Virus record (IMG/VR): IMGVR_UViG_3300042545_001134
Span: 62,001 to 126,000 of that record
Direction: 5' to 3' (one strand)
DNA: 64,000 nt
The notes below the pieces were generated by a model that saw nothing but the letters and a program-made list of their open reading frames with translations, had not been told where the DNA came from and ran no database searches. This document shows, piece after piece, positions 35,987 through 45,269 of this stretch. The position numbers and the translations under genes are program-made. The first letter of the stretch is position 1. Each line of letters opens with the position of its first letter.

Positions 35987-37858
35987 TTAAAATCCAAACA
36001 AATGATGGTTGGGTAAGTTTAAACCATTTCCTCCCTGTAATTGGGCTATTGGGACTTCTTTACCATTAATCTTTACCCTAACTTTTTTTGTTTCTAAATG
36101 GGTTAGGAGTCTTTGGTGTGAGAATCGTTTAACTTTCCCTCTCAATAACCTTAATGGTTCTGTAAAGTGTTCAGGTGGTATACGGTTACAGAAATGTCTT
36201 TCTTGAATACATTCACCGGTTTTCTTATCGAACTCACATGTCACCCTATCTTTTTCGTCGTCGGTCCTTAATGAGATAACTATTGATGATTCCTTATTCG
36301 CGTAACTAGCAACGCAGTGATGCATGAATGAACCTTCTTCGGAATACTCCTCATCTCTTTTTAAGATGTGGGGTGTGAATTTTCTTTCAACCAAATCCGC
36401 ACCTAACAAATTAAAAGGTTCCTCAACCTTTCTAACCATTCTGTTATCAAAAACATATTCGGTTGACCAACCTTTTCTAATCGTGGCAATCATCTTTGAT
36501 AACTCAATATGTTCAGTATGGAAGTCATCATAGTTTGTTGCCCTCATTCTAAAGTTTGGGTCAAACTCTCTAATCTGAGTTATCATATCCAAGTGGTCAA
36601 CAAATAAACTATAGATACCACTCACTGAACGTAATGGGTCACTAACTGATTTGGTATCAACCAGTGAATTGGTGATTTTAATTATATTCTCCTTCTCACT
36701 ATCTTCAAGGTTAAATCTTCGATAGTTCTTTCTTTCTTTGATTGGTTCGGCACTGTATGGTTGTGAGGTTATTGACTTGAAGTAATCGTACGCTCGGGGT
36801 TTTAAATTACCGATGTGTTTTGTATATTCATTACCAAAAAATCCACAGAACAATGCCAAATGTTTAATGTCAATATCCACATGGGTATGTAACATTTTGT
36901 TTGTTAGTTTAGATAATATTCCGTAACTATCTAACGACGATTGTATTAATTTCCTACCATTCTTCTTGAGGTATACTTCGCCCGGATAGTACATGGTTAT
37001 CAATTTATGGTAATCATTGGGCGTTTTAATTTTCTTATGTTTAACAAGAAAGTCTATAAATCTAAGACGTAATTTTAATTTATCCTCATTATCAATCAAC
37101 GTAATTGGGGTGTCGTTGTGTTGACCAATCTCAATTAATAATCTATCCAAAAAGACATCATCATCCATTTCTTTTTTAAACTCATTAAAAACGGGAGAAT
37201 TTTTACTTACATTGTTAGTTATTTTAAAAAAACCATTTGAACCAATTAGGTTTTCAATTACACCAAAAGAATTTCTTCTAAACCTATTTGTTTTAACACC
37301 TTTATTTCTTCTATTAGATTCCCCAACATTTATATCCCCATTATTTAAATTAAAGGATATGACTTCACTATTCGTTCTAATCTTAAAATATTTAGAGTTA
37401 AGGTCCCTTGACCTTGTTCTTTTGTATGTGCGAGCAATGACTTTACCATCAACCAATTTAATGGTCCTTTCTGTTGTGACAATTAAAATACGAGCAAAAG
37501 GATTTACATAATGTTTTTTTATGTGTCTATCTTTAGTGGTGAAAAACTCCCCATCTATTCCACCTGAAAATGTGTTTTTAAATGCCAATTCAAATGGTAT
37601 CTTCAATGACTTTTCATCACCCAAATCCTCGTTAGTATAATAATATTTGGTTTTGGCCCCTTTTTCGTGTTTAAATAATGGGATGGTAAGATATTTTGGG
37701 GATAATGACATTGGGAGTTTAAAAACATCAAAAAAAACATTATCAAGTTCAGTGGGGATTACGAGTTTTTTAATTGGGTCACCTTGATGTGGGAACTTAC
37801 AATAGTTCTTAACCACAGTTATAATAGCATAAGTTATCGATTGTCTTAAAATTTCCAT
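35987..37858 (-). CDS. PcfJ-like domain protein
   Basis: EEGSFMHHCVASYA...RVTCEF. Confidence 0.75.
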   Translation of the reverse strand: MEILRQSITYAIITVVKNYCKFPHQGDPIKKLVIPTELDNVFFDVFKLPMSLSPKYLTIPLFKHEKGAKTKYYYTNEDLGDEKSLKIPFELAFKNTFSGGIDGEFFTTKDRHIKKHYVNPFARILIVTTERTIKLVDGKVIARTYKRTRSRDLNSKYFKIRTNSEVISFNLNNGDINVGESNRRNKGVKTNRFRRNSFGVIENLIGSNGFFKITNNVSKNSPVFNEFKKEMDDDVFLDRLLIEIGQHNDTPITLIDNEDKLKLRLRFIDFLVKHKKIKTPNDYHKLITMYYPGEVYLKKNGRKLIQSSLDSYGILSKLTNKMLHTHVDIDIKHLALFCGFFGNEYTKHIGNLKPRAYDYFKSITSQPYSAEPIKERKNYRRFNLEDSEKENIIKITNSLVDTKSVSDPLRSVSGIYSLFVDHLDMITQIREFDPNFRMRATNYDDFHTEHIELSKMIATIRKGWSTEYVFDNRMVRKVEEPFNLLGADLVERKFTPHILKRDEEYSEEGSFMHHCVASYANKESSIVISLRTDDEKDRVTCEFDKKTGECIQERHFCNRIPPEHFTEPLRLLRGKVKRFSHQRLLTHLETKKVRVKINGKEVPIAQLQGGNGLNLPNHHLFGF

Positions 37859-37924
37859 ATCATCACAATTTCTACAAAGATAGTATTTTTTTGGATATAC
37901 AATATTTATTTGAAAAATATTAAC

Positions 37925-38056
37925 ATGGCAAAATCATCAAAAAGTAGTTCAAACTCTGTAAAGGTTAATTTTGGTAAAAAAACTTCGGGTAAATCGAAAA
38001 AAAATATCAACAAACATACCAGTAAAGTGAAGAAATACAGAGGTCAGGGTCGCTGA
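37925..38056 (+). CDS. 43-aa highly basic peptide ending KKYRGQGR
   Basis: Manually read ORF with TATTTAT motif 15 nt upstream. Confidence 0.65.
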   Translation: MAKSSKSSSNSVKVNFGKKTSGKSKKNINKHTSKVKKYRGQGR

Positions 38057-38057
38057 A

Positions 38058-38357
38058 TTACTCTCTTTTTGGAACATAAAGCGTGTAAAACGCAGTAATC
38101 TCCTCATTGGGGACTATGTCTTTAATTGCCCTAATCATTATAAATCTACCTTCTTCATACACCTCACAATTGGGTGTTTCCGAATGATTAAAGAACCCAC
38201 CAAGTGGTGTTCTACTATACCCATTTTCAAACTCATCATCTCTAATGTGGGTGATTCCAAACACATGATGTTTGAGAATGTTTTCTGTTGCGAATAGACC
38301 TAATCCGTCTATATCACTGTTTCTAATTGTTACGTTTTTTGGTAATGGTCTGTACAT
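38058..38357 (-). CDS. Minimal SET-domain protein
   Basis: GLGLFAT, GFFNHSETPNC, RAIKDI..NEEITAFY. Confidence 0.85.
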   Translation of the reverse strand: MYRPLPKNVTIRNSDIDGLGLFATENILKHHVFGITHIRDDEFENGYSRTPLGGFFNHSETPNCEVYEEGRFIMIRAIKDIVPNEEITAFYTLYVPKRE

Positions 38358-38686
38358 TAACTTATCATCTGTAGTAGGATATAAGATAGTTTATAACCGG
38401 CAAATGCACCGAGAGCGGATGGTATTGGAAATACAATCATTTTACCCAAATCGGTCACATACTTTGGTCTGTTAACAATTGTACCCATAAAGTAATAGTA
38501 TATGATATAACCAAACAAAACCGCAATGTCGGTTCGTGTTGAAATGAATACTACTAAAGTTGCCCCAATGAATCCAAAGGTGAAGTTATCACGGATACCT
38601 TCCCAAATTTCATGTGTGGTTGCGCTCTTATATTCCTTTATTATTTTATTTAATTTAATTCCACCCTTCTTAATGCTACTCTCCAT
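38357..38686 (-). CDS. Membrane protein
   Basis: Several hydrophobic segments. Confidence 0.6.
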   Translation of the reverse strand: MESSIKKGGIKLNKIIKEYKSATTHEIWEGIRDNFTFGFIGATLVVFISTRTDIAVLFGYIIYYYFMGTIVNRPKYVTDLGKMIVFPIPSALGAFAGYKLSYILLQMIS

Positions 38687-38691
38687 TTAAT

Positions 38692-39231
38692 TTAGTCTAC
38701 GTTTATCTTTATCTTTGTTTTTTCTCCGTTTGGTTGTGAATACACCGCATGTTGTGGTGTTAGTTCGTAATTTAAACCTATCATCTTCCTAATGTACTTA
38801 TTACCCGTTCCCGGTTTAAGATATGCCACGGTTAAATGTGGGTGGTAATCAGGATAATCGTTTGTGTGTGGATACCCTCTCAATTCACCATTTGCATCAT
38901 GAAGACTGTCACCCTCAACATCGAACTTTAATACATCATATTGTTTGTTCTTAAACAATGACGGGTTATGTACTTTACATGATGGGTATGTGTGTTTATT
39001 CAATACATTTTTTACATCATCAATGGATACACCATCGTGTAAACCATATAGTAATGTGGTATGTGGTTCTGTCTCCAATCCGAATGAACCATCTTCTTCT
39101 TCGGTGTAAACATCGTTAGGGTCAATCATACCGTGGATGTACTTCATTTCAGGAAATGCGAAGTACAACATTGCACAACCAAATTCGTACTTTGGTTTGT
39201 TTTCTTCATTAATAATATCCATTAGTTTCAT
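38692..39231 (-). CDS. 2H phosphoesterase, Acb1/T4 gp57B-like
   Basis: PHTTLLY and HTNDYPDYHPHLTVAY (two HxT motifs). Confidence 0.75.
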   Translation of the reverse strand: MKLMDIINEENKPKYEFGCAMLYFAFPEMKYIHGMIDPNDVYTEEEDGSFGLETEPHTTLLYGLHDGVSIDDVKNVLNKHTYPSCKVHNPSLFKNKQYDVLKFDVEGDSLHDANGELRGYPHTNDYPDYHPHLTVAYLKPGTGNKYIRKMIGLNYELTPQHAVYSQPNGEKTKIKINVD

Positions 39232-39473
39232 TATCTAGTTTTTGTTATTTGTATCGTTATCCCTGCGGGTCCCGATGACATACTATATGTATTGAATCGG
39301 TTATCATTAAACCAACCATAATCCTTAAAATTAAATAAAATACAATCTCTACCCTCAAACCAAACATGGATTGCGTTTGTTGCATAATCTATTGAAGGTT
39401 GGGATATGTACCCCAATTTCCAAGATTCTCTAAACTCTTCTACAAATTCGTCAGGTGTGATGTGGATAAACAT
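39231..39473 (-). CDS. Hypothetical protein
   Basis: ORF track. Confidence 0.55.
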   Translation of the reverse strand: MFIHITPDEFVEEFRESWKLGYISQPSIDYATNAIHVWFEGRDCILFNFKDYGWFNDNRFNTYSMSSGPAGITIQITKTR

Positions 39474-39721
39474 TAATCCAAATTAAATAATCCTTTCAGG
39501 TAATCATCATAAGACATTTTCATTACGTGTTCGTATTGGTCTTCGTAACTTACTCTCTGCATGGTTTCCCAAATGTCTTCTGCCGGTTGTTCACCTATTT
39601 TATCTTTAAGGTCTTGGAACTCGGTTGTATTTCCAAAATTCTTATATCCTTGTACAATTGCGTCCACTTTATCGTGTGCTGCAACTTTGAAATCTTCAAA
39701 TGTTAATTGATTGTTTTCCAT
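39473..39721 (-). CDS. Hypothetical protein
   Basis: ORF track. Confidence 0.55.
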   Translation of the reverse strand: MENNQLTFEDFKVAAHDKVDAIVQGYKNFGNTTEFQDLKDKIGEQPAEDIWETMQRVSYEDQYEHVMKMSYDDYLKGLFNLD

Positions 39722-39729
39722 ATAGATAA

Positions 39730-40017
39730 TTACTCAACTTCGGGCGTTTCTTCCGTACTATTTAATATAATAATTTCCTTATGTTCCTTATCAACTAACA
39801 ACGCAGTTACTGGTTTATCGACCCTATAGAAATGTTCTCCATCGAGTATTCCTTCTTCTCCATTAACCATTGAGTATTCCATAAACTCCTCAGGGAGTTT
39901 GTTAATCCATTCTTTTAATTCTTGTAGTATCATAATTCTAATTTGATAAATGTTTCTTTTTGTGTTGTAATAGATTACCATACCCACCAATTTGTTTGCT
40001 ACAAATATCACAAACAA
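39730..40017 (-). CDS. Hypothetical protein (true start probably MILQELK)
   Basis: ORF track; annotated 5' part overlaps the endonuclease. Confidence 0.5.
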   Translation of the reverse strand: MFVIFVANKLVGMVIYYNTKRNIYQIRIMILQELKEWINKLPEEFMEYSMVNGEEGILDGEHFYRVDKPVTALLVDKEHKEIIILNSTEETPEVE

Positions 40018-40600
40018 ATTTTTCTAAAGTTTTACCTTTGTTCCATGTAGGTTTTCCCTTTTTGGTTTCACTTATTTTTTTACTATGTTCTTTTGTTCTT
40101 GGTGGTTTTGGTTTCCTTAATTTTTCTCTATTCTCTTCTTTTTTCATTGGATTATTATCACCTGATAATGCAATACTCATTTTATATCTATACTCATCAG
40201 ATTTATGAAATCCATGTGATATTCTTTTTTGTATTGTTTCTTCAGATTGCGTTACCCCAATTTGATACTCTCTTAATTTTTGTTTATGCTCTTCTGTTTT
40301 TGGGTATCTTAACTTTTCTCTAACTTCATCTGATGGATTGAATAACCCCTCACCGCCATCTGTCATATTTGTCAATGTATCTCTACCATATTTTTGAATT
40401 AAATATTTTTCAGTATCACATGCACCTTCCCATTCAATATCCGATTCAATAATTTCAACATCATATCCATATTTAGCAACAACGTTTTTCCAATGTATGT
40501 TTCTATTTCTATAAGAATAAGCTCTTTCTTCATAAAGGCCAATCCCAACATAAAAAACTTCATTAGTATTTTTCTTTTTGTGTAAATAAACAACTGCCAT
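39938..40600 (-). mobile_element. Free-standing GIY-YIG homing endonuclease with NUMOD3-like repeats
   Basis: VVYLH...VFYVGIG..RAY, LTNMTDGGEG, TEEHKQKL / TKEHSKKISE..KGK, C-terminal C2H2-like motif. Confidence 0.8.
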
Positions 40601-40671
40601 ATATTATTTCTTTTAGTATAAATATATAAAAGTTGTGAAAAAGGTGCTTTAATTGTTGGTTATTTTTCATA

Positions 40672-41964
40672 TCAATTGGACAAGGGCGCCTTAATTGTTG
40701 AATGCGATTGGTAATTATCCGTTTTAAAAGTGATATCCACATCTAAAGTATTAATAACCTCATCTACGGTTAATAAATGCCAATTTTCATTACCTGAATT
40801 GATTTTTAATGTGGGTAATTTAAATGGTTCTCTTGTGTGATTTGGTATTTTGTAAGAATTATAATACTCACTTAAACCACCACCGAATGGTACTTGTTCA
40901 TCAACCGCTGTTTTATAAAAATCACCCATTGCGGTCTTTAACAATTCTGTTCTCTCTTCGTGAGTGTATTTTCTTCCAATCTGTTCTTTAGCCTGTTCAA
41001 TATGATTTGAATACAAATGTACATCACCTAAATTACCAATCAACTCATCAGGTACCATATTAACAGTTTTAGCAATTATTTCCAATAACAATCCATAAGA
41101 TGCAATGTTGAATGGTAAACCTAAGAATGTATCTACTGAACGTTGATTCCACATTAATGAGATTGCTCTTGTTGGGATATTATGATTGTTTAGAACTTCT
41201 AATGTCCTTTCTTCAGGAATTACTGTCCCATAATTACCACCTCTTCTAAACTCAGAAGGGTCTAAATCTCTTTTTGTAAATTCTAATACTCTATCATTCA
41301 AACTCAACTCTCTTGTATAAACTTGAAATCCATAATGACAAGGAGGTAAAGTCATTTTATCCAACTCCCCCACATTCCAAGCACTAACCATTAATCGTCT
41401 TGAGTCTGGATTTGTTTTAAGGTCGTTGATTAGATTTTGGATTTGGTCTATTGGTGGGTATTTGAAATATGATACCCCATCGAGATATTCATCCTCGGTT
41501 TCCCAACTTCTCCATTGTTTACCATATATTGGACCTAACTCACCCCATTTCTTAGCAAACTCATCATCGGTTTTGATTTTGTCAATAAATTCTTCTATTG
41601 TAAATGGTTCAGTTAATGTTCTATTTTTCTTAGAATTCTCTAATAATTTGGTTTTACCAACATATTCACCTTTATTATATCTTTTAATATAGGCTTGGTA
41701 AGCATCACCATTCCAAATGTGACAATTGTTATCAACTAAATATTTAATGTTTGTATCACCACGTAAGAACCATAATAATTCAGTTACAATAGTTTTCCAA
41801 GCCATCTTCTTGGTTGTAAGTAAAGGAAACCCTTCACTCATTTTATGACGTATTTGTCTACCAAATACTGAAATGGTACCACCATTTCTTGTTTCTTTCT
41901 TAACTCCATTATCAAGAATGTCTTGTAGGAGTAATTGATATTGTTTATCTATGTTATTCATCAT
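40672..41964 (-). CDS. thyA: Thymidylate synthase (long form with insertions)
   Basis: FPLLTTKK, ELLWFLRG, LGPIYGKQWR, SRRLMVSAWN, LPPCH, QRSVDTFLGLPFNIASY. Confidence 0.97.
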   Translation of the reverse strand: MMNNIDKQYQLLLQDILDNGVKKETRNGGTISVFGRQIRHKMSEGFPLLTTKKMAWKTIVTELLWFLRGDTNIKYLVDNNCHIWNGDAYQAYIKRYNKGEYVGKTKLLENSKKNRTLTEPFTIEEFIDKIKTDDEFAKKWGELGPIYGKQWRSWETEDEYLDGVSYFKYPPIDQIQNLINDLKTNPDSRRLMVSAWNVGELDKMTLPPCHYGFQVYTRELSLNDRVLEFTKRDLDPSEFRRGGNYGTVIPEERTLEVLNNHNIPTRAISLMWNQRSVDTFLGLPFNIASYGLLLEIIAKTVNMVPDELIGNLGDVHLYSNHIEQAKEQIGRKYTHEERTELLKTAMGDFYKTAVDEQVPFGGGLSEYYNSYKIPNHTREPFKLPTLKINSGNENWHLLTVDEVINTLDVDITFKTDNYQSHSTIKAPLSN

Positions 41965-42323
41965 TCAAATGTTTGTATTTTGGCATCTACTTCTTTTAAT
42001 TCTGACCATGTTCCAAGATATGTGATTGCCCTAACTTTCCTGTTATCAATCCACACATACTCTTGTCCGTCTTTGATTCTTGGTTTGTCCATAACCAATC
42101 CATGGTATTTAAAACCTTTTTCTTTTAACCACGTTTCGGTAACTTCTCTGTCTTTACTTTCTCTTGCAGTAAAGAAGGTAATGATATGACCTTCATCATA
42201 CCATTTATTGATTATATCCAATGCGTTTGGGAAATGATTTGCGGTTACATATAAATGACTGTCTTCGTTTTTGATGTCATCACAGATTGTTCCGTCGATA
42301 TCGATTAAAAATACCTTACCCAT
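41961..42323 (-). CDS. Small HAD-family phosphatase (start MGKVFL)
   Basis: LIDIDGTI, FFTAR, MDKP, WIDNR. Confidence 0.75.
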   Translation of the reverse strand: MGKVFLIDIDGTICDDIKNEDSHLYVTANHFPNALDIINKWYDEGHIITFFTARESKDREVTETWLKEKGFKYHGLVMDKPRIKDGQEYVWIDNRKVRAITYLGTWSELKEVDAKIQTFE

Positions 42324-42327
42324 TTTA

Positions 42328-43458
42328 TTATTCTTCGTCTTTTTTATACTCTTCAAATAATTCATCGTTTGAAAGTGTTCCGTATTTTGTTGACAAGTCA
42401 TCGGTTTTAATTTCAGCGTACATTACATGTAATGTATTTTTTAACTCATCTGCTAATGATAGTGATTTACAAATAACAGTTAAGATTCTGTAAGGGTCAG
42501 CGTTTGAACCGGGTCGTCTATCTTCAAGATAACCCCTCCACGTTTCTCCGACGGTTTTTGGAACCCTAATTGATGCACCTCTATCAGATACACCCCAACT
42601 GAATTTATCAATTGATTGTGTTTCAAATTTACCCGTTAATCTTAAATGATTATCGGAACCATAATTTTCAATATGAATTTTTGTCCTACTTTCAAATGTT
42701 TTAAAGATTGCGTTGAAGTATTCTTCCCCACCTGTCTCTCTCATTTTTTGGTTTGAGAAATTGGCATGTAAACCTGAACCATTCCATTCACCTGTCGTAA
42801 TTGGTTTAGGGTGTAACTCAATTGCCACCGAATATCTTTCAGAAATTTTATTTAAGAAGTAACGAGACATCCATAAGTCATCAGCACCTTTAAGTTTACC
42901 TTTAGCAAAGATTTGATATTCCCATTGACCCAATGCAACTTCTGCGTTTGTTCCTTCAAGATTGATACCATAGTTTAAACACATATCTAAATGTTCATCA
43001 CTAATAAGTCTACCAACAACATGACCACCAACACCGCAATAGTATTTTCCTTGTGGGTCAATCATCCCACCATTTTCAAAACCCAATACAGGTTGGTTAT
43101 GTCCTGAACGAATAAAATATTCTTGTTCAAATCCAACCCAAAAATCGGTATCTTCTTCCCCAACTTTTGCTCGGTAATTTGATGGGTGAATCTCATTGTT
43201 TCCGTCAAGTACTTCACACAACACATAAACTGTTGGGTAATCATCTTTACTGTTATTGTTTTTATAAAACCTAACAGGTTTTAAGTAACAATCGGAGAAG
43301 TTACCCTCCGCCTGCATTGTTGAACTTCCATCGAATCCCCAGTTAGAGATGTCATCAATGGTTAACTCGCCGTTATAGTCAACGACTTTAATTTTACTTC
43401 TAAGATTTGGTTCGGGTGAATATCCATCCAACCAAACGTACTCAAATTTAATTTTCAT
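42328..43458 (-). CDS. glnII: Glutamine synthetase type II
   Basis: EYVWLDG, FDGSST, GFEQEY, NAEVALGQWEYQI, WNGSGLH, RLTGKFET, RGASIRVP, YLEDRRP.SNADPY. Confidence 0.95.
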   Translation of the reverse strand: MKIKFEYVWLDGYSPEPNLRSKIKVVDYNGELTIDDISNWGFDGSSTMQAEGNFSDCYLKPVRFYKNNNSKDDYPTVYVLCEVLDGNNEIHPSNYRAKVGEEDTDFWVGFEQEYFIRSGHNQPVLGFENGGMIDPQGKYYCGVGGHVVGRLISDEHLDMCLNYGINLEGTNAEVALGQWEYQIFAKGKLKGADDLWMSRYFLNKISERYSVAIELHPKPITTGEWNGSGLHANFSNQKMRETGGEEYFNAIFKTFESRTKIHIENYGSDNHLRLTGKFETQSIDKFSWGVSDRGASIRVPKTVGETWRGYLEDRRPGSNADPYRILTVICKSLSLADELKNTLHVMYAEIKTDDLSTKYGTLSNDELFEEYKKDEE

Positions 43459-43681
43459 TCTGTTGTTTTTTTAATTTATCTATGCATTTGTAAATGCAAT
43501 ATGATTCTTCGATTGTGAACGCACCTTCTTTGTTCGCATGGGTAAGTGCGATATCGATAAGTTTTAATGCGTTTTCAGGTTCAATAGTTTCAAGGAATTC
43601 TTTAAAGTCCGATTCCTCTTCATATTCAAAGTCCCCGTTAAAAAGTGTACTCATATCAAAAATATAAGAAATTATTTTCAA
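43448..43681 (-). CDS. Hypothetical protein
   Basis: ORF track. Confidence 0.55.
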   Translation of the reverse strand: MKIISYIFDMSTLFNGDFEYEEESDFKEFLETIEPENALKLIDIALTHANKEGAFTIEESYCIYKCIDKLKKQQNEN

Positions 43682-43703
43682 ATTTCCAAGTAATTATTGT
43701 AAT

Positions 43704-44066
43704 ATGTCAGTAATAATTAACGATAAACAGTACGTGGCGGAATATCTGTCGACTCCCGAGGAAATAATGAAGGGAATGATGGGTAGAGACACCCTTGAGG
43801 GTTGTATAGTCTTCAAGATGGGAATGGGTCACCATTCGTTTTGGATGAAGAACTGTTACATACCATTGGACATTGTATTCGTGAATAAGAATAGAATTTC
43901 ACATATCCATAAAAACTGCGAACCCGCCGGAAATAAACTTAATCCACCGAGATACACCGGTATCGGGGACCATGTCATTGAATTTCCAACGGGAACCGCT
44001 AATAACTTTAAAGTGGGTGATAGGGTTGCCATGTACTTAGGTGCACCTGTGAACCCCGTTCGTTAA
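43704..44066 (+). CDS. DUF192 family protein
   Basis: KGMMGR, HSFWMKNCYIPLDIVFV, VIEF. Confidence 0.85.
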   Translation: MSVIINDKQYVAEYLSTPEEIMKGMMGRDTLEGCIVFKMGMGHHSFWMKNCYIPLDIVFVNKNRISHIHKNCEPAGNKLNPPRYTGIGDHVIEFPTGTANNFKVGDRVAMYLGAPVNPVR

Positions 44067-44920
44067 CCTTCGTATTCGGGGAACAAATTATAATCAAACT
44101 GATTGATTCTCTGACGAGAAATCTCGGTGTACTTTTCAGATAGTTCAAATCCGATATAGTTTCTACCCAATTTCTTTGCCGCAAGTGCCGTGGTTCCCGA
44201 ACCTGAGAAACAATCCAATACCAAATCATTTTTAAATGAAAGGATTTTAATTGCCTTAACCGGAATATCCATTGAGAAGGTTGCCTTAGTTAATGACTTC
44301 GTATCGTTGAAGTATTTCCACTGACCGAACACCAACTCCATAAACTCATTCTTATCTTTATCAGAATAGATTCGTTTAGTTCTTGTTTTGGGGTCTTCAC
44401 CTTCTTCCACCTCAACGTCAACTTGTGCTTCAGTATATGACCACGTTGAGATACCTTTATCTTTCTTCTTGTAGTCTTTCTTATATGCAAGAATAACACA
44501 TTCTTTTGGATTATATATGTACGGTGCTGACGGTGACATCCACGAACCCCACGCAGTTGTTTTAGAACGGTGTGGAGAATCTTCCTCTAAATCGACAACA
44601 CCAAAGAAACCGAATCCAATCTCTTTCATTATCTGCCAGTATTCAGATACGATGAATACACGACCGCCACGTTCCCTTACGTTTACTTCATAAGGTATGT
44701 TAATCGCAACACGACCATCGTCCTTTAATGTTCTGTAAACTTCAGATAACCAAGTTCTACACCACTCAAAGTAATCACCCATAGGTACATCGTCTATATG
44801 TGTATCATATGCGATACCAACATTATATGGTGGTGATGTGACCACTAAATCTATTGTGTTATCACCCAATTCTTTGAATAGTTCAACACAATCTCCGTTA
44901 TAAATTTTATTCGATTCCAT
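44063..44920 (-). CDS. Orphan amino-methyltransferase (N4-C/N6-A, beta class)
   Basis: DLVVTSPPY precedes LDCFSGSGTT; YIGFELS. Confidence 0.92.
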   Translation of the reverse strand: MESNKIYNGDCVELFKELGDNTIDLVVTSPPYNVGIAYDTHIDDVPMGDYFEWCRTWLSEVYRTLKDDGRVAINIPYEVNVRERGGRVFIVSEYWQIMKEIGFGFFGVVDLEEDSPHRSKTTAWGSWMSPSAPYIYNPKECVILAYKKDYKKKDKGISTWSYTEAQVDVEVEEGEDPKTRTKRIYSDKDKNEFMELVFGQWKYFNDTKSLTKATFSMDIPVKAIKILSFKNDLVLDCFSGSGTTALAAKKLGRNYIGFELSEKYTEISRQRINQFDYNLFPEYEG

Positions 44921-45009
44921 TTACAATTACGTTTTTATCGGTTATCTTCTGATAAAGTATAAGGAATTAAAACCAATAAACCAAATATTTAATAAAAAAG
45001 AAAAACATT

Positions 45010-45183
45010 ATGGGATGCGGATGTAAAAAGAAGAACGTTCAAACAACAGTGAACCCTTCACCAGCGACAATAACATTAAACGAAACATTTCAACCAACAA
45101 CTACTATGGACCAACAGGTTCAACAGTTGGTACAGAAGATTGAGGAGATTAACGAAACTCTTGATTCTCAGGGGGAACAATAA
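45010..45183 (+). CDS. 57-aa protein starting MGCGCKKK
   Basis: Manually read ORF; TATTTAA upstream. Confidence 0.6.
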   Translation: MGCGCKKKNVQTTVNPSPATITLNETFQPTTTMDQQVQQLVQKIEEINETLDSQGEQ

Positions 45184-45269
45184 TATATTATCGGTTTTAA
45201 GATAACGGATAGAGTAAAAACTGTCCGTTATTTTTTGACCATATAATATATATAAATTTATATACTTAT

